DNA of 45,219 bases from Gemmatimonadales bacterium (GCA_035429905.1 DAOMFQ010000001.1:1-45219); one strand, 5' to 3'; shown: positions 1 to 8,688, numbered from the stretch's first letter. Made by a program: numbers and translations. Notes: generated by a model not told the origin, from the sequence alone.

Positions 1-1841
1 CCGGCCTCATCGGCGGTGGCGCGCTCGCCGCGCGCCTCCATGACGCCGAGCTCGGCGCGGCGCTGCTCCTCCAGCGCGGCGGCCATCAGGCCGCGCACCT
101 CCTCGAATTCGGGCTCCGAGAACCCCAGTTCCTGGTGCTGGCGCCGGAGCGCCGCGAGCGCCTCCTCGCGCGCGGACACCGCCTGTTCCGCGGCCAGGAG
201 CTCCGGCGCCAGCCGGGCGGCCCGGTCGGCCAGCGCCCGATAACGTTCCGCCTCGAGCGCCTTCGGCTCCAGCACCGCCAGGGCCTGCTGCACCTCCCGG
301 TGCCGATCCTGATCGTAGGTACCCTCCGCCACGGTCAACGACGCCTGGAGCTCCGCAATCGTCCCCTCGAGCGCCACGCGCCGCTCGCGGAGGGCGGCCG
401 CGTCGCGGAGCGGGGCCTCGAGACGGTTCGCCGCCGCGGCCGCCGTCTCCGCCGCCGATTCCGCCGCCACCCGCTGGCGCTCGAGCTCCTTGAGCTCGCC
501 CGGCTCATCCTGCAACTGCTCGATGCGCTGACGGTAGAAGTGGCCGTTGAACTTGACCTCCTCCACCTGGCGACTGAGGACCGCCAGCACCGGCTTGTAA
601 TCGGGACCCAGTGGACGTGAGCAGGTCGGACAGGCGCCGTCCTGGCCGGCCGCCGTGATCCGGTCGAGCTGCTCCTGCAGGTCCCGGTACTGATCGAGGA
701 GCGACTGGCGCTTGGTCCGTGCGTCCTGGAGGTCGCGGACCCACGCCGTGCGGCGATCCTCGACCTGTTCGGCGAGCGCCACCGATGCGGCGCGGCTCGC
801 GGCCGCCTCCGCGCGCGCGGCCTCCAGCTGCTCCGCACTCGGCAGCGCCGCGATTCGCTGGTCGAGCTCCGCCAGGTTGGCCCGGGCCGCCTCCAGCCTG
901 GCGTGCAGCGCGGCGCGGTGCGACGAGGCCGCGTAGAGCCGCTGCAGCGCCTCGTGCTCCGCCCGGAGCGGGAGGAGTGGCGCCAGCTCCTCGCTGAGCG
1001 CGGCCAGGTGCGCCTGGGCCTGCAGCGCCTCGGTGATCTGGCGGTCGAGATCACGGGTCCGCTCCTGCGAGGTCGTGACCTGGTGCTCCGCCACCCGGAG
1101 GTCACCCTCCAGCGACTGTAGCCGCCCCCGCAACTGCTGCAGGGCGTCCCACCGCGGCGCCAGCTCGGTCAGCCGCGTCGCCGCGAGCCGCAACGCCTCC
1201 TGAGCGACCGCCTCGCGCTCCCCCGCGGCGGCCACGAGGCTCGCCACCCGCCGCTCCTCCGCCTCCAGTTGCCCGGCGTCCGCCAGCGTCGCCTGCACCG
1301 TCGCCAGGCGGGCGCGGAGCTCGCTCCGGGTTTCCTTCAGGCGGTCCTGCGCCACCCGGAGCCGCTCGAACCCGAGCACGCGCGACAGGAACTGCGCGCG
1401 CTCCGGCGCCGACATGGCCGCCATCACCGCGAGCTCCTTCTGCCCCGTGAAATAGGTGTTGAAGAACTCCGCGCGGGTCATGCCGAGGAGGCGGGAAAGC
1501 TTCTCGGTGACGGCGCCCAGGCTGTTGGCGATCGGCGCCGGGTCGCCATCCTGGAACAGTTCGGCCTGGCTCAGGCCGCGCACCACGCGGAACTCATGCG
1601 CGCCGAGCGCGAAGTCGAGCTCCACCCGCACCGGGGAGCGGGGCGGCGCACCTCGCCGGCGGATCGACTCGCGGGTGCCGCGCGCCGCCGGAGTCCCGTA
1701 CATGGCGAACGCGATGGCCTCGAGCAGCGTCGACTTGCCCGCGCCGTTGGGCCCGACGATGCCGGTCAGGCCGGCGCCGAGGACCAGCTCGGTGTCCTCG
1801 TGCTGACGGAAGTTCACGAGCCGCAGGCGATGGATCTGCAT
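1..1841 (-). CDS. sbcC: SbcC/Rad50-family DSB-repair ATPase, N-terminal ~613 codons (3' end lies beyond the window start)
   Basis: Absent from the ORF track because it runs off the window edge. Reverse reading from ATG at 1841 gives MQIHRLRLVNFRQHEDTELVLGAGLTGIVGPNGAGKSTLLEAIAFAMYG (Rad50/SbcC Walker A), then a long coiled-coil. An in-frame CPTC zinc-hook motif lies at 621-632. The start overlaps the sbcD stop (TGATG). Confidence 0.85.
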   Translation of the reverse strand, partial: MQIHRLRLVNFRQHEDTELVLGAGLTGIVGPNGAGKSTLLEAIAFAMYGTPAARGTRESIRRRGAPPRSPVRVELDFALGAHEFRVVRGLSQAELFQDGDPAPIANSLGAVTEKLSRLLGMTRAEFFNTYFTGQKELAVMAAMSAPERAQFLSRVLGFERLRVAQDRLKETRSELRARLATVQATLADAGQLEAEERRVASLVAAAGEREAVAQEALRLAATRLTELAPRWDALQQLRGRLQSLEGDLRVAEHQVTTSQERTRDLDRQITEALQAQAHLAALSEELAPLLPLRAEHEALQRLYAASSHRAALHARLEAARANLAELDQRIAALPSAEQLEAARAEAAASRAASVALAEQVEDRRTAWVRDLQDARTKRQSLLDQYRDLQEQLDRITAAGQDGACPTCSRPLGPDYKPVLAVLSRQVEEVKFNGHFYRQRIEQLQDEPGELKELERQRVAAESAAETAAAAANRLEAPLRDAAALRERRVALEGTIAELQASLTVAEGTYDQDRHREVQQALAVLEPKALEAERYRALADRAARLAPELLAAEQAVSAREEALAALRRQHQELGFSEPEFEEVRGLMAAALEEQRRAELGVMEARGERATADEA

Positions 1842-3055
1842 CAGTCTTCCACCAGCTCGCGTTCGGCCGCCTCGACCAGTTCCCTGCCCTCGCGCACGAA
1901 GGCCTCGCGGTCGACGCCCGCGGGAAGCGCGCGGCGGCCGAGGTATTCCGACACCAGGTCGGGCAGCGTCTGCCGGCGGCCGGGGGCGCCCACGCCGGTG
2001 GTCCGTGTCGGCTCCGGACGGCGGAGGTCGAGCTGGAAGTGCAGCGCCTCGGCCTTCCAGGCTCGGATGGCGGCATGGTCGAGCTGGCGCGCGACGTGCC
2101 TCGGCACGCCGGTGACCACGAGCCGCACCACCTGATTGGCGATGCCGCCCGGCACTTCCGCCACCCGGGCGGCGATCAGCGGCTGCAGCTCCTCCGGCGA
2201 GCGGTCGGTCCCATCGATGCGCGGCAGGTCCATGACCCGGCGGGCCGGCACGATCGGCTGCGCCGTCGCGAGCCCGGTATCCAGGTCCACCAGCAGCCAG
2301 GCCTTCCCTGCAACACCCTTCTCGGCCTCGTCGCGCAGTTCGCCCCAGGGATTCGAGCTCACGTACTCCAGCGCGCCGCAGTACCACGCGCGCGGCCCGA
2401 GCGGCGTTTGCACGTGGTAGTGCCCGAACGCCACATAGCTCCACTCGCCCGCGGCAAACTCCTCCGGCCGGACGACGGCGCCGCCGTACTCGACGGCGGA
2501 CCGGTCCGACGGGAAGACACCGTCCACCTCGCCGTGCGCCACCAGGACCTGGTACGTCGCGCCGCCATCGGGGCGGAGCACCGGGCGCTCGGCCTGCACC
2601 AGCGCGTCGTGCGGCACGGCAAGGACGCTGAGCCCGAGCGACTCATAGCTGAAGCGACGCGCCTCGTGGGTGGCGACGTCGACGCCCAGCTCGTCGAACA
2701 GCCGGAGGATGCTGCCGGTTTCCGTCGAGCGCGGCGTGTCGTGGTTGCCCGCGATCAGGACGATCGGCGTGCCGGGCAGCGCGGAGCGGAGCCGCTGAAA
2801 CTGCTGGAAGGCGAACACGATGGCGGCGTTGGTGGGGCGGACCGAATGGAACAGGTCTCCAGCGACCACGATGACGTCGGGGCGCGCCGCCACAACGCCG
2901 TCCACCGCCTGGCGGAACGCTGCGGCCGTGTCGGCCTCGCGCTGGTTGATGCCGGCCGGGGTCTGGCGGTGGTACTGCCGGAAGCCGAGATGGAGGTCGG
3001 CGAGGTGGGCGAGTTTCACGGGTAGGAGAATGGCCCGCCCACGGGCGGGTGGCAA
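1841..3055 (-). CDS. sbcD: Mre11/SbcD-family nuclease (calcineurin-like phosphoesterase)
   Basis: The 404-aa ORF has the motifs LAHLADLHLG, VVAGDLFH, IAGNHD and AHGEV. The true start is probably GTG at 3019 (VKLAHLADLHLG), because the family motif normally sits at the extreme N-terminus. Confidence 0.9.
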   Translation of the reverse strand: MPPARGRAILLPVKLAHLADLHLGFRQYHRQTPAGINQREADTAAAFRQAVDGVVAARPDVIVVAGDLFHSVRPTNAAIVFAFQQFQRLRSALPGTPIVLIAGNHDTPRSTETGSILRLFDELGVDVATHEARRFSYESLGLSVLAVPHDALVQAERPVLRPDGGATYQVLVAHGEVDGVFPSDRSAVEYGGAVVRPEEFAAGEWSYVAFGHYHVQTPLGPRAWYCGALEYVSSNPWGELRDEAEKGVAGKAWLLVDLDTGLATAQPIVPARRVMDLPRIDGTDRSPEELQPLIAARVAEVPGGIANQVVRLVVTGVPRHVARQLDHAAIRAWKAEALHFQLDLRRPEPTRTTGVGAPGRRQTLPDLVSEYLGRRALPAGVDREAFVREGRELVEAAERELVED

Positions 3056-3082
3056 GGCGCCGACGGGCCCCTCAGCCGGGCC

Positions 3083-5017
3083 TCAGGAGCTGTACGGGTC
3101 GGGCGTGCCGCGGAGCGGGGTGACGGTGGCACGCCTGGTGGCCAGTTCGGGCTCCACCCGGCGGCCGAGCGCCGCGCTGAAGTAGGCAAACGGGTCGTCG
3201 GGGCGGACCTGACGCGTCCGGGCGAGCGCCCGGCGCACGTCGTCTTCCCGGCGCCCGTCCACCAGGGCCCGCACGCGCTCGGTGGAGACGGCCCGATCCA
3301 GTGTCCGGAGCTGCCGCGCCACCGCCTCGTCGAACGGCAGGTCGGGCGACGGCGGGAAGCGCTCGACGCCCTCCCGCCCCGAGAGCACGCATGGCCGCGG
3401 AAACCGGACGAACACCGGCTGCGTGAAGTGCGGGTGGCGAATCATGAGTTCGCCCTTGGGCAGCGTGGCGAGCTTGATCTTGATGGCCGGCGACAGCGTC
3501 GCGTAGCCGGCGGTGGCCAGTTCATCCGGATCCATCCGTCCGTAGATGGTGGTGCCGGCGTTGCCGACCACCCGCCGGAGCACCTGGGAGCGGAACTGCT
3601 GGGCGGAGAAGAGCACGAGCCCCAGGTAGCGCCCACGCTCCGAAAGGTCGAGGAGCATCTTCCGGACATACGTGTCGGAGCCGTCGGCCGGGGCGTACTT
3701 GTTGAGCTCGTCCACGAACACCACCACGTGATCCACGCCGAGGTCCCGGCGTTCCAGGTGCTCGCGGAGCATGCTCACCACGCGGGCGAACACGAGGTCC
3801 TGCGCCAGCGGGTCCACCCCCGCCACGTCGATCACGTACACGCCGCGGTCCTCGAAGCCGCCCCACGGGAGATCGTTGGCGGCGCCATCGTCGGTCACCA
3901 GCCCCTTGGCGCGGGTCGTGATGTTGCCGAGGCGGTTCCGCACCTTGCGAATGGTGGCGATGTGGTGGGTGCGCCAAACATCCCCCCGGCTCCCCTGCTC
4001 CAGGGCATCGAACACCGCGCGGAAGAACGCCTCGAGGTCGGCGAAGGTCAGCACCCGCCAGTCCCTGGGCTGCAGCTCCGGTGCGTGGAACTCCTTCCCC
4101 ACCACCCGGTCCGCGAGGAAATCAATGAACGCGTCGGCCTTGGCGTCGAGGTCGTCGCGGTTCAGCACCACCTCGGCGTACTCCAGCACCTCGCGCAGCC
4201 CCCAGGTGAGAGGCTCGGTGTTATCTGCCAGGTCCGGATGGGTGCGGAGCGTGTTCAGGTTGACCCCGTCCGGCTTGCAGGGGGCGTAGTACCGGACCGG
4301 ATCGAAGGGACGCGGCACCAGGCCGAGCCGGGCGTAGAGTGCGGTGTCCTCGCCGGACAGGGCGGCGGGCTGGTCGAGGAAGCAGAGGTCCGGGCCCTTC
4401 ACGTTGAAGCAGAGCGCCGCGACCGATCCCTTGTGCGCCGGAAAGGTCTGGAAGATGCTGGTCAGGAAGAACTCGACGGCGCTGGTCTTCGTGGCCAGCC
4501 CCGACACGCCGGTGATGTTGAGGTGCGCTGCCTCGGGCCCGAGCAGGAAGTCGGCGTCGAGGTACACCGGCGCCGAGAGCCCGGCCGCACCGTAGGTGCC
4601 CACGGGCATCGCGGTGGCGCGATCGCCGTCGGTGAAGCCGTCCATCCGGAGGGCCAGGCGCACGTCGGCGTCCGTCGCCATGCGGACCTCGCCCAGCGGC
4701 ACCGGCTGCAGCGGCTCCTCGGGGTCCTGCCGGAGGACGGCCGCAGTGTAGAGGCGGATCTCGGACGAGCGTGAGGCCGCCGGGTCGATCGCTGCCGGGA
4801 CGCCACCGGCGCGGGTGACGGCGTCCAGCGGGCGGGCCAGGTCGTCGTAGGCCGCGGCGTCGGTCACGACCCCGAACACGACGCGGCCCGGCACCTCGAC
4901 GCGCACGATCGCGCCGATGCCCACGGGAGATTCGCGCGCCGTCCAGAACTGGAATTGATGGGGAGTGGAGGGCCGGACTTCCGTGGCGACGACGCGGCCG
5001 ATCAGAGCGGGGCGAAT
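3083..5017 (-). CDS. HerA-like (HAS-barrel + FtsK/HerA-type P-loop) ATPase, ~640 aa; start uncertain
   Basis: This is the C-terminal two thirds of the 967-aa ORF 3083..5986. It has a HAS-barrel-like N-terminus (LIGRVVATEVRPSTPHQFQFW...GAIVRVEV...FGVVTD), a P-loop-like HLNITGVSGLATKTS (4481-4510) and a Walker B VVVFVDELNKYAP. The Arg/Gly-rich part of the ORF upstream of about 5017 overlaps the 166-aa gene and looks non-coding. Confidence 0.75.
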   Translation of the reverse strand: MRPALIGRVVATEVRPSTPHQFQFWTARESPVGIGAIVRVEVPGRVVFGVVTDAAAYDDLARPLDAVTRAGGVPAAIDPAASRSSEIRLYTAAVLRQDPEEPLQPVPLGEVRMATDADVRLALRMDGFTDGDRATAMPVGTYGAAGLSAPVYLDADFLLGPEAAHLNITGVSGLATKTSAVEFFLTSIFQTFPAHKGSVAALCFNVKGPDLCFLDQPAALSGEDTALYARLGLVPRPFDPVRYYAPCKPDGVNLNTLRTHPDLADNTEPLTWGLREVLEYAEVVLNRDDLDAKADAFIDFLADRVVGKEFHAPELQPRDWRVLTFADLEAFFRAVFDALEQGSRGDVWRTHHIATIRKVRNRLGNITTRAKGLVTDDGAANDLPWGGFEDRGVYVIDVAGVDPLAQDLVFARVVSMLREHLERRDLGVDHVVVFVDELNKYAPADGSDTYVRKMLLDLSERGRYLGLVLFSAQQFRSQVLRRVVGNAGTTIYGRMDPDELATAGYATLSPAIKIKLATLPKGELMIRHPHFTQPVFVRFPRPCVLSGREGVERFPPSPDLPFDEAVARQLRTLDRAVSTERVRALVDGRREDDVRRALARTRQVRPDDPFAYFSAALGRRVEPELATRRATVTPLRGTPDPYSS

Positions 5018-5502
5018 GGCGGGACCTCCGTCAGCCAGAACCCGGCGAGGCGCCGCTTGTGGTCCAGTTCCACGAGCAGGTGATCCGCCACGCGAATCAC
5101 TTCGACGTCGCGGCGGCTCCCGATGCGGAGGTGCACCGTCCGCTCGTCCGGCGTGGCGGAGATGGTGAGCGTGGTGTCCACCTCGACCGCCGACACGCCC
5201 TGGCGCGCGGGGCGGCCCGGCACGACGACGCGACCGGCCCGTGCGCCGGCCGGCGGCGCGAGCCCGGGCACGGTGTCCACCTCCGGCCACACGACTACGT
5301 CGAGTCCGCAGAGCATGCCGCCCGCCACGTCGAGGACCACGACCGAGCCCTCGTCGTCGCTCAGTTCCACGCTCCCCTCGAGTCCGCTGCCCCCCACCAC
5401 GCCGCGGAAGCTGCCGGAGAGGATGTCGGTCTCGACGTCCCAGCGCCATTCCACGGTGGGCAGCGCGCCGTCGAGCGGTTCGACCCGGGTCTCGATGTTC
5501 AT
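5002..5502 (-). CDS. hypothetical acidic 166-aa protein (possible tandem DUF2283-like beta units)
   Basis: Its composition is protein-like, unlike the Arg-rich shadow frames. An AGGAG SD sits about 9 nt upstream of the ATG, overlapping the aminotransferase TAG stop. Its own stop TGA overlaps the presumed HerA-like start region. Confidence 0.7.
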   Translation of the reverse strand: MNIETRVEPLDGALPTVEWRWDVETDILSGSFRGVVGGSGLEGSVELSDDEGSVVVLDVAGGMLCGLDVVVWPEVDTVPGLAPPAGARAGRVVVPGRPARQGVSAVEVDTTLTISATPDERTVHLRIGSRRDVEVIRVADHLLVELDHKRRLAGFWLTEVPPFAPL

Positions 5503-5514
5503 GCGAGCGGACTC

Positions 5515-6723
5515 CTACGCCGCGCGGGCGGCGGCGAGCCGCCCGATGAAGCGGAGGATCCGGTCCACGCCGGCGTCGAGTTCCTTGTCGGCGGCCGCAT
5601 AGCTGAGCCGGGCCCAGCGGTCGTCGCCGAAGGCGCTCCCCGGCACCAGCGCCACGCCCTCCTCCGCCATCAACCGCTCGCAGAACGCGTTGCCCCCGCC
5701 GCCGGGGCCGGTGAGCCCGTCCACCCGGAAGAAGAAGTAGAACGCCCCGTGCGGTTCGACGAACTCCACGCCGGGCACCTCGGCGCGGAAGCGCGCCACC
5801 AGGCGGTCCCGGCGCGCCCGGAACGCCGCGACCATCCGCAACACATCCGCTTCCACCCGCTCGTCGCCGAACGCGGTGGCCGCGGCCCACTGCGCGGGGT
5901 GGCTCGACCCGGTGGTGGTGTGCGACTGCAGCGCGGCCATCGCCTTGAACACCTGGGGCGGGGCCAGCGCGGACCCGATGCGCCACCCGGTCATCGCGTA
6001 CGCCTTGCTGGCGCCGTACACGACGACGGTCTTTTCCAGGAGGCTATCCGGAAGGTCGAGGAAGCTGGGCGCGGCAGGCGCACCGTAGTTGATGCGCCGG
6101 TAGATCTCGTCGGCCACGATCCAGATGTCGTTCTTCTTGGCCCACTCGGCGATCGACCGAAGTTCAGCCAGGGTGTACACCGCCCCGGTGGGGTTGCAGG
6201 GCGAGCAGATGACGAGGCCCTTGGTGCGCGTCGTCGAGTGCTTGTCGAGGTCGCGGGCGCTCACCTTGAGCCCCCACTCGATGTCGCCGGGCACCAGCAC
6301 CGGCTCCGCCCGGCAGAGCTGCACGATCTGCGGGTACGACACCCAGGCGGGCGCCGGGATGAGCACCTGGTCGTTGGGGCCGAACAGGGTGAAGCAGGCA
6401 TTGAAGAGTGACTGCTTGGAGCCGGAGCTCACCAGGACCTGGTCGGCGCTGACCGGACGGCCGCCGCTCAGCTCCGAGAGATTCTTCGCGATGGCCGCCC
6501 GCAACTCGGGAATGCCAGGATTCGGCGGGTAGTGGGTCATTCCCTTCTGGATGGCCTGGATCCCCGCCTGCGCCACGAGTGGCGGGGTGTCGAAGTCCGG
6601 TTCGCCGAGGCTCAGGTCGAACACCTCTTCCCCGGCGGCGCGGCGGCGCTTCGTCTCGGCGCTGATCGCGATGGTTTCGGAAGGCTTCAGGTGCACCAGG
6701 TTCAGCGACAGCGGTTCGGCCAT
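5515..6723 (-). CDS. class I/II PLP-dependent aminotransferase (aspartate/alanine aminotransferase-like)
   Basis: The ORF 5515..6777 contains LSLGEPDFDTP, a VCSPCNPTG-like CSPCNPTGAVY and the PLP-lysine motif GASKAYAMTGWRIG. I took the start at internal ATG 6723 (MAEPLSLNL). Confidence 0.9.
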   Translation of the reverse strand: MAEPLSLNLVHLKPSETIAISAETKRRRAAGEEVFDLSLGEPDFDTPPLVAQAGIQAIQKGMTHYPPNPGIPELRAAIAKNLSELSGGRPVSADQVLVSSGSKQSLFNACFTLFGPNDQVLIPAPAWVSYPQIVQLCRAEPVLVPGDIEWGLKVSARDLDKHSTTRTKGLVICSPCNPTGAVYTLAELRSIAEWAKKNDIWIVADEIYRRINYGAPAAPSFLDLPDSLLEKTVVVYGASKAYAMTGWRIGSALAPPQVFKAMAALQSHTTTGSSHPAQWAAATAFGDERVEADVLRMVAAFRARRDRLVARFRAEVPGVEFVEPHGAFYFFFRVDGLTGPGGGGNAFCERLMAEEGVALVPGSAFGDDRWARLSYAAADKELDAGVDRILRFIGRLAAARAA

Positions 6724-6853
6724 TGCGGGGTCCGGAGCGGAGGGAAATTGTCGAGCCGAAAGCTCCCCACGCGGCAACTTGATGTCAACTGTGCCCGCGG
6801 TGGCATCCGGGCTGCCACGGGCTTAGTTTTGGACCCCGGCGCGTGCCGGCTAT

Positions 6854-8320
6854 TTGACAATCGAGGGTCCCGTGTCCGAGTCCGAACTGTTCGCCGCTCC
6901 CGCCGACCTCACCGAGGCAGCTGTCACCGCCGAGCGCGGCCATAATGTCGTCATCGCCATGCCGCCCGGCGCGGCCGGCGCCACGCCCATCCTTGCCGCG
7001 CTGGCCCGCCGACTTGCCGCCGCGCCCGCTCCCGGACTCCGCGCCCTCCTCCTCACCACATCCGATACCGCCACCGACTGGGCCGAGGCCGCCACGCGCG
7101 CCATGCCCGGTTGCCGTGTCGTCGTGGCCGGCACCCCGGCCCGCACCGTGCGGCATCTCCGCGCCGGCCAGGCGCAGGTGCTTATCGCGACGCCGGCCCA
7201 GGCCCGGCAACTCCTCGAACAGTCCGCCATGAAGCCCGACCAGCTCGCCGCCGTCGTCCTCGCCTGGCCAGAGGCGTGGGGCGGCGCCGAGGCGCTGGCC
7301 GTGCTCATGCACGACCTCGACAAGGACGCGCAGCGGATCGTCTGCACCGCCCTGCCGGAGCGCGCGGCCGACGTGATCGAGCGCTACGCGCGGAAGTCGC
7401 TGACCGTCGGTTTCCCGCCGGCGGAGGCGCCGCCGGCCAGCCCGGTCGGTCCGGTGCGGACCGTGAGCGTTGCGTGGAGCCGCCGGGCCTCGGCGGTGGC
7501 CGAGGTGGCCGAACTGCTCGACCCGGCGCGCGTCTCGATCTGGTGCCTGGACGGTGCCGGCGTGTCTGCGGTCAAGCTCGCATTGGCCGGGCACGACCTC
7601 GACGCGGTCGTCACCGACGGTGCGGTGGACACGTCCGACCTGGTCATCGCGTTCGACCTGCCCACACCCTCGCAGCTGCGGACCCTGTTGGCCGCCGGGC
7701 CGGTCGTCCTCCTCGTGCCGCCGGCGGCCGAGGAATACGTGGCGCGCGTGGCGTCTCCGCGTCGGAGCTTGCGGCTCAGCGGCGCGGTGGATGCGGCGCA
7801 GGACGAGGCCGCGCGTCGTCGCGGTGCGATTGCGCAGGTGCTCGAGGCGGGGGTGCCCGGGGCTGGACTCCTGGCGCTGGCTCCGCTCTTCGAGCGGCAC
7901 GACCCGTCGGCCGTGGCGGCCGCGACGTACCAGCTGTGGACAGGCGCACCCGGTGCACCGGTGTCGGCCGCGGTGCCGGCTCAGCCGATGGCCGCGCCCG
8001 CCGCACCGGAGGCGGTGCCGGGCGGCACCACGGCGCGGATGTTCGTCAGCGTGGGCCGGCAGGACGGCACCACGGCGTCGGACCTGGTGGCGGTGCTGAC
8101 CAAGGAAGTCCGAGTGGACAAGTCGATGATCGGGCGGATCGAGTTGAAGGAAGCCTACAGCCTGGTCGAGTTGCCGGCGGGTGAGGTGGAGCGGATCGTG
8201 CGCGGGATGGACGGGCGGACGGTGCGGAACAAGAAGATCATGTGCAAGGTGGACCGGGGGCCCGCCTCGCCGGCGCCGAAGCGCCGGGCACCTACTTCCG
8301 GCGGTTCACGAGCGCCTTGA
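6854..8320 (+). CDS. DEAD-box-helicase-like protein with degenerate catalytic motifs and a DbpA-type C-terminal RNA-binding domain
   Basis: The fold-order motifs are recognisable but mutated: AMPPGAAGATP for AxTGxGKT, LAWPE for DEAD, CTAL for SAT, TDGAVDTSDL for TDVAARGLD, and no HRIGRTGR. The C-terminus ARMFVSVGRQDGTTASDLVAVLTKE...IGRIELKEAYSLVELP matches the DbpA domain pattern. An alternative start is GTG 6872, with GAGGG just upstream. Confidence 0.7.
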   Translation: MTIEGPVSESELFAAPADLTEAAVTAERGHNVVIAMPPGAAGATPILAALARRLAAAPAPGLRALLLTTSDTATDWAEAATRAMPGCRVVVAGTPARTVRHLRAGQAQVLIATPAQARQLLEQSAMKPDQLAAVVLAWPEAWGGAEALAVLMHDLDKDAQRIVCTALPERAADVIERYARKSLTVGFPPAEAPPASPVGPVRTVSVAWSRRASAVAEVAELLDPARVSIWCLDGAGVSAVKLALAGHDLDAVVTDGAVDTSDLVIAFDLPTPSQLRTLLAAGPVVLLVPPAAEEYVARVASPRRSLRLSGAVDAAQDEAARRRGAIAQVLEAGVPGAGLLALAPLFERHDPSAVAAATYQLWTGAPGAPVSAAVPAQPMAAPAAPEAVPGGTTARMFVSVGRQDGTTASDLVAVLTKEVRVDKSMIGRIELKEAYSLVELPAGEVERIVRGMDGRTVRNKKIMCKVDRGPASPAPKRRAPTSGGSRAP

Positions 8321-8582
8321 GGGCGCTTCCCGGCCGGAACGCCGGGACCACCGACGGGCGGATGGTGATGCTCTTGCCCGTCTTCGGATCGCGCCCGTTG
8401 CGGGCCCCGCGCTGACGGGGCTCGAAGCTCCCGAAGCCCGAGATCTGGACCGTTCCGCCCTTCCGCAGCTCACCCGCCAGGATGCCCTCGGTCCCGAAGA
8501 ACACGTCCACGACGTCGCCCGCACGCGCCTTGGAGAGGCCGAGCCGTTTGGCGGCGGCGGCCACGAGTTCCGACTTCTTCAC
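8292..8582 (-). CDS. hup: HU/IHF-family DNA-binding protein
   Basis: The protein reads VKKSELVAAAAKRLGLSKARAGDVVDVFFG...ISGFGSFEPRQRGARNGRDPKTGKSITIRPSVVPAFRPGSALK. The GTG start at 8582 is preceded by a GAAGGAG SD. The rest of the ORF 8292..9311 is an upstream shadow. Confidence 0.93.
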   Translation of the reverse strand: MKKSELVAAAAKRLGLSKARAGDVVDVFFGTEGILAGELRKGGTVQISGFGSFEPRQRGARNGRDPKTGKSITIRPSVVPAFRPGSALKALVNRRK

Positions 8583-8688
8583 GCTGGGCTCCTTCGGCAA
8601 CACTGGCGGGGGAGAGGGCGGCGACAATATGGCGCGGCGGGCTCCGGCGCCGCAAGAGCGGAGCGAGGTGGATGCGACTGCGGCGCGC

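Noticed and set aside
5018-5986. The N-terminal 320 codons of the 967-aa ORF 3083..5986, which could be read as part of a giant HerA-like protein.
   Set aside because: This part is an Arg/Gly/Pro-rich frame overlapping the 166-aa gene and the end of the aminotransferase gene. The HerA-type N-terminus (IGRVV...) begins only at about 5005.
6854-6859. A perfect TTGACA hexamer, considered as a -35 element.
   Set aside because: No acceptable -10 lies 16-18 nt downstream (the sequence there is cgagtc). The hexamer also coincides with the TTG that opens the ORF, so I could not support a promoter call.
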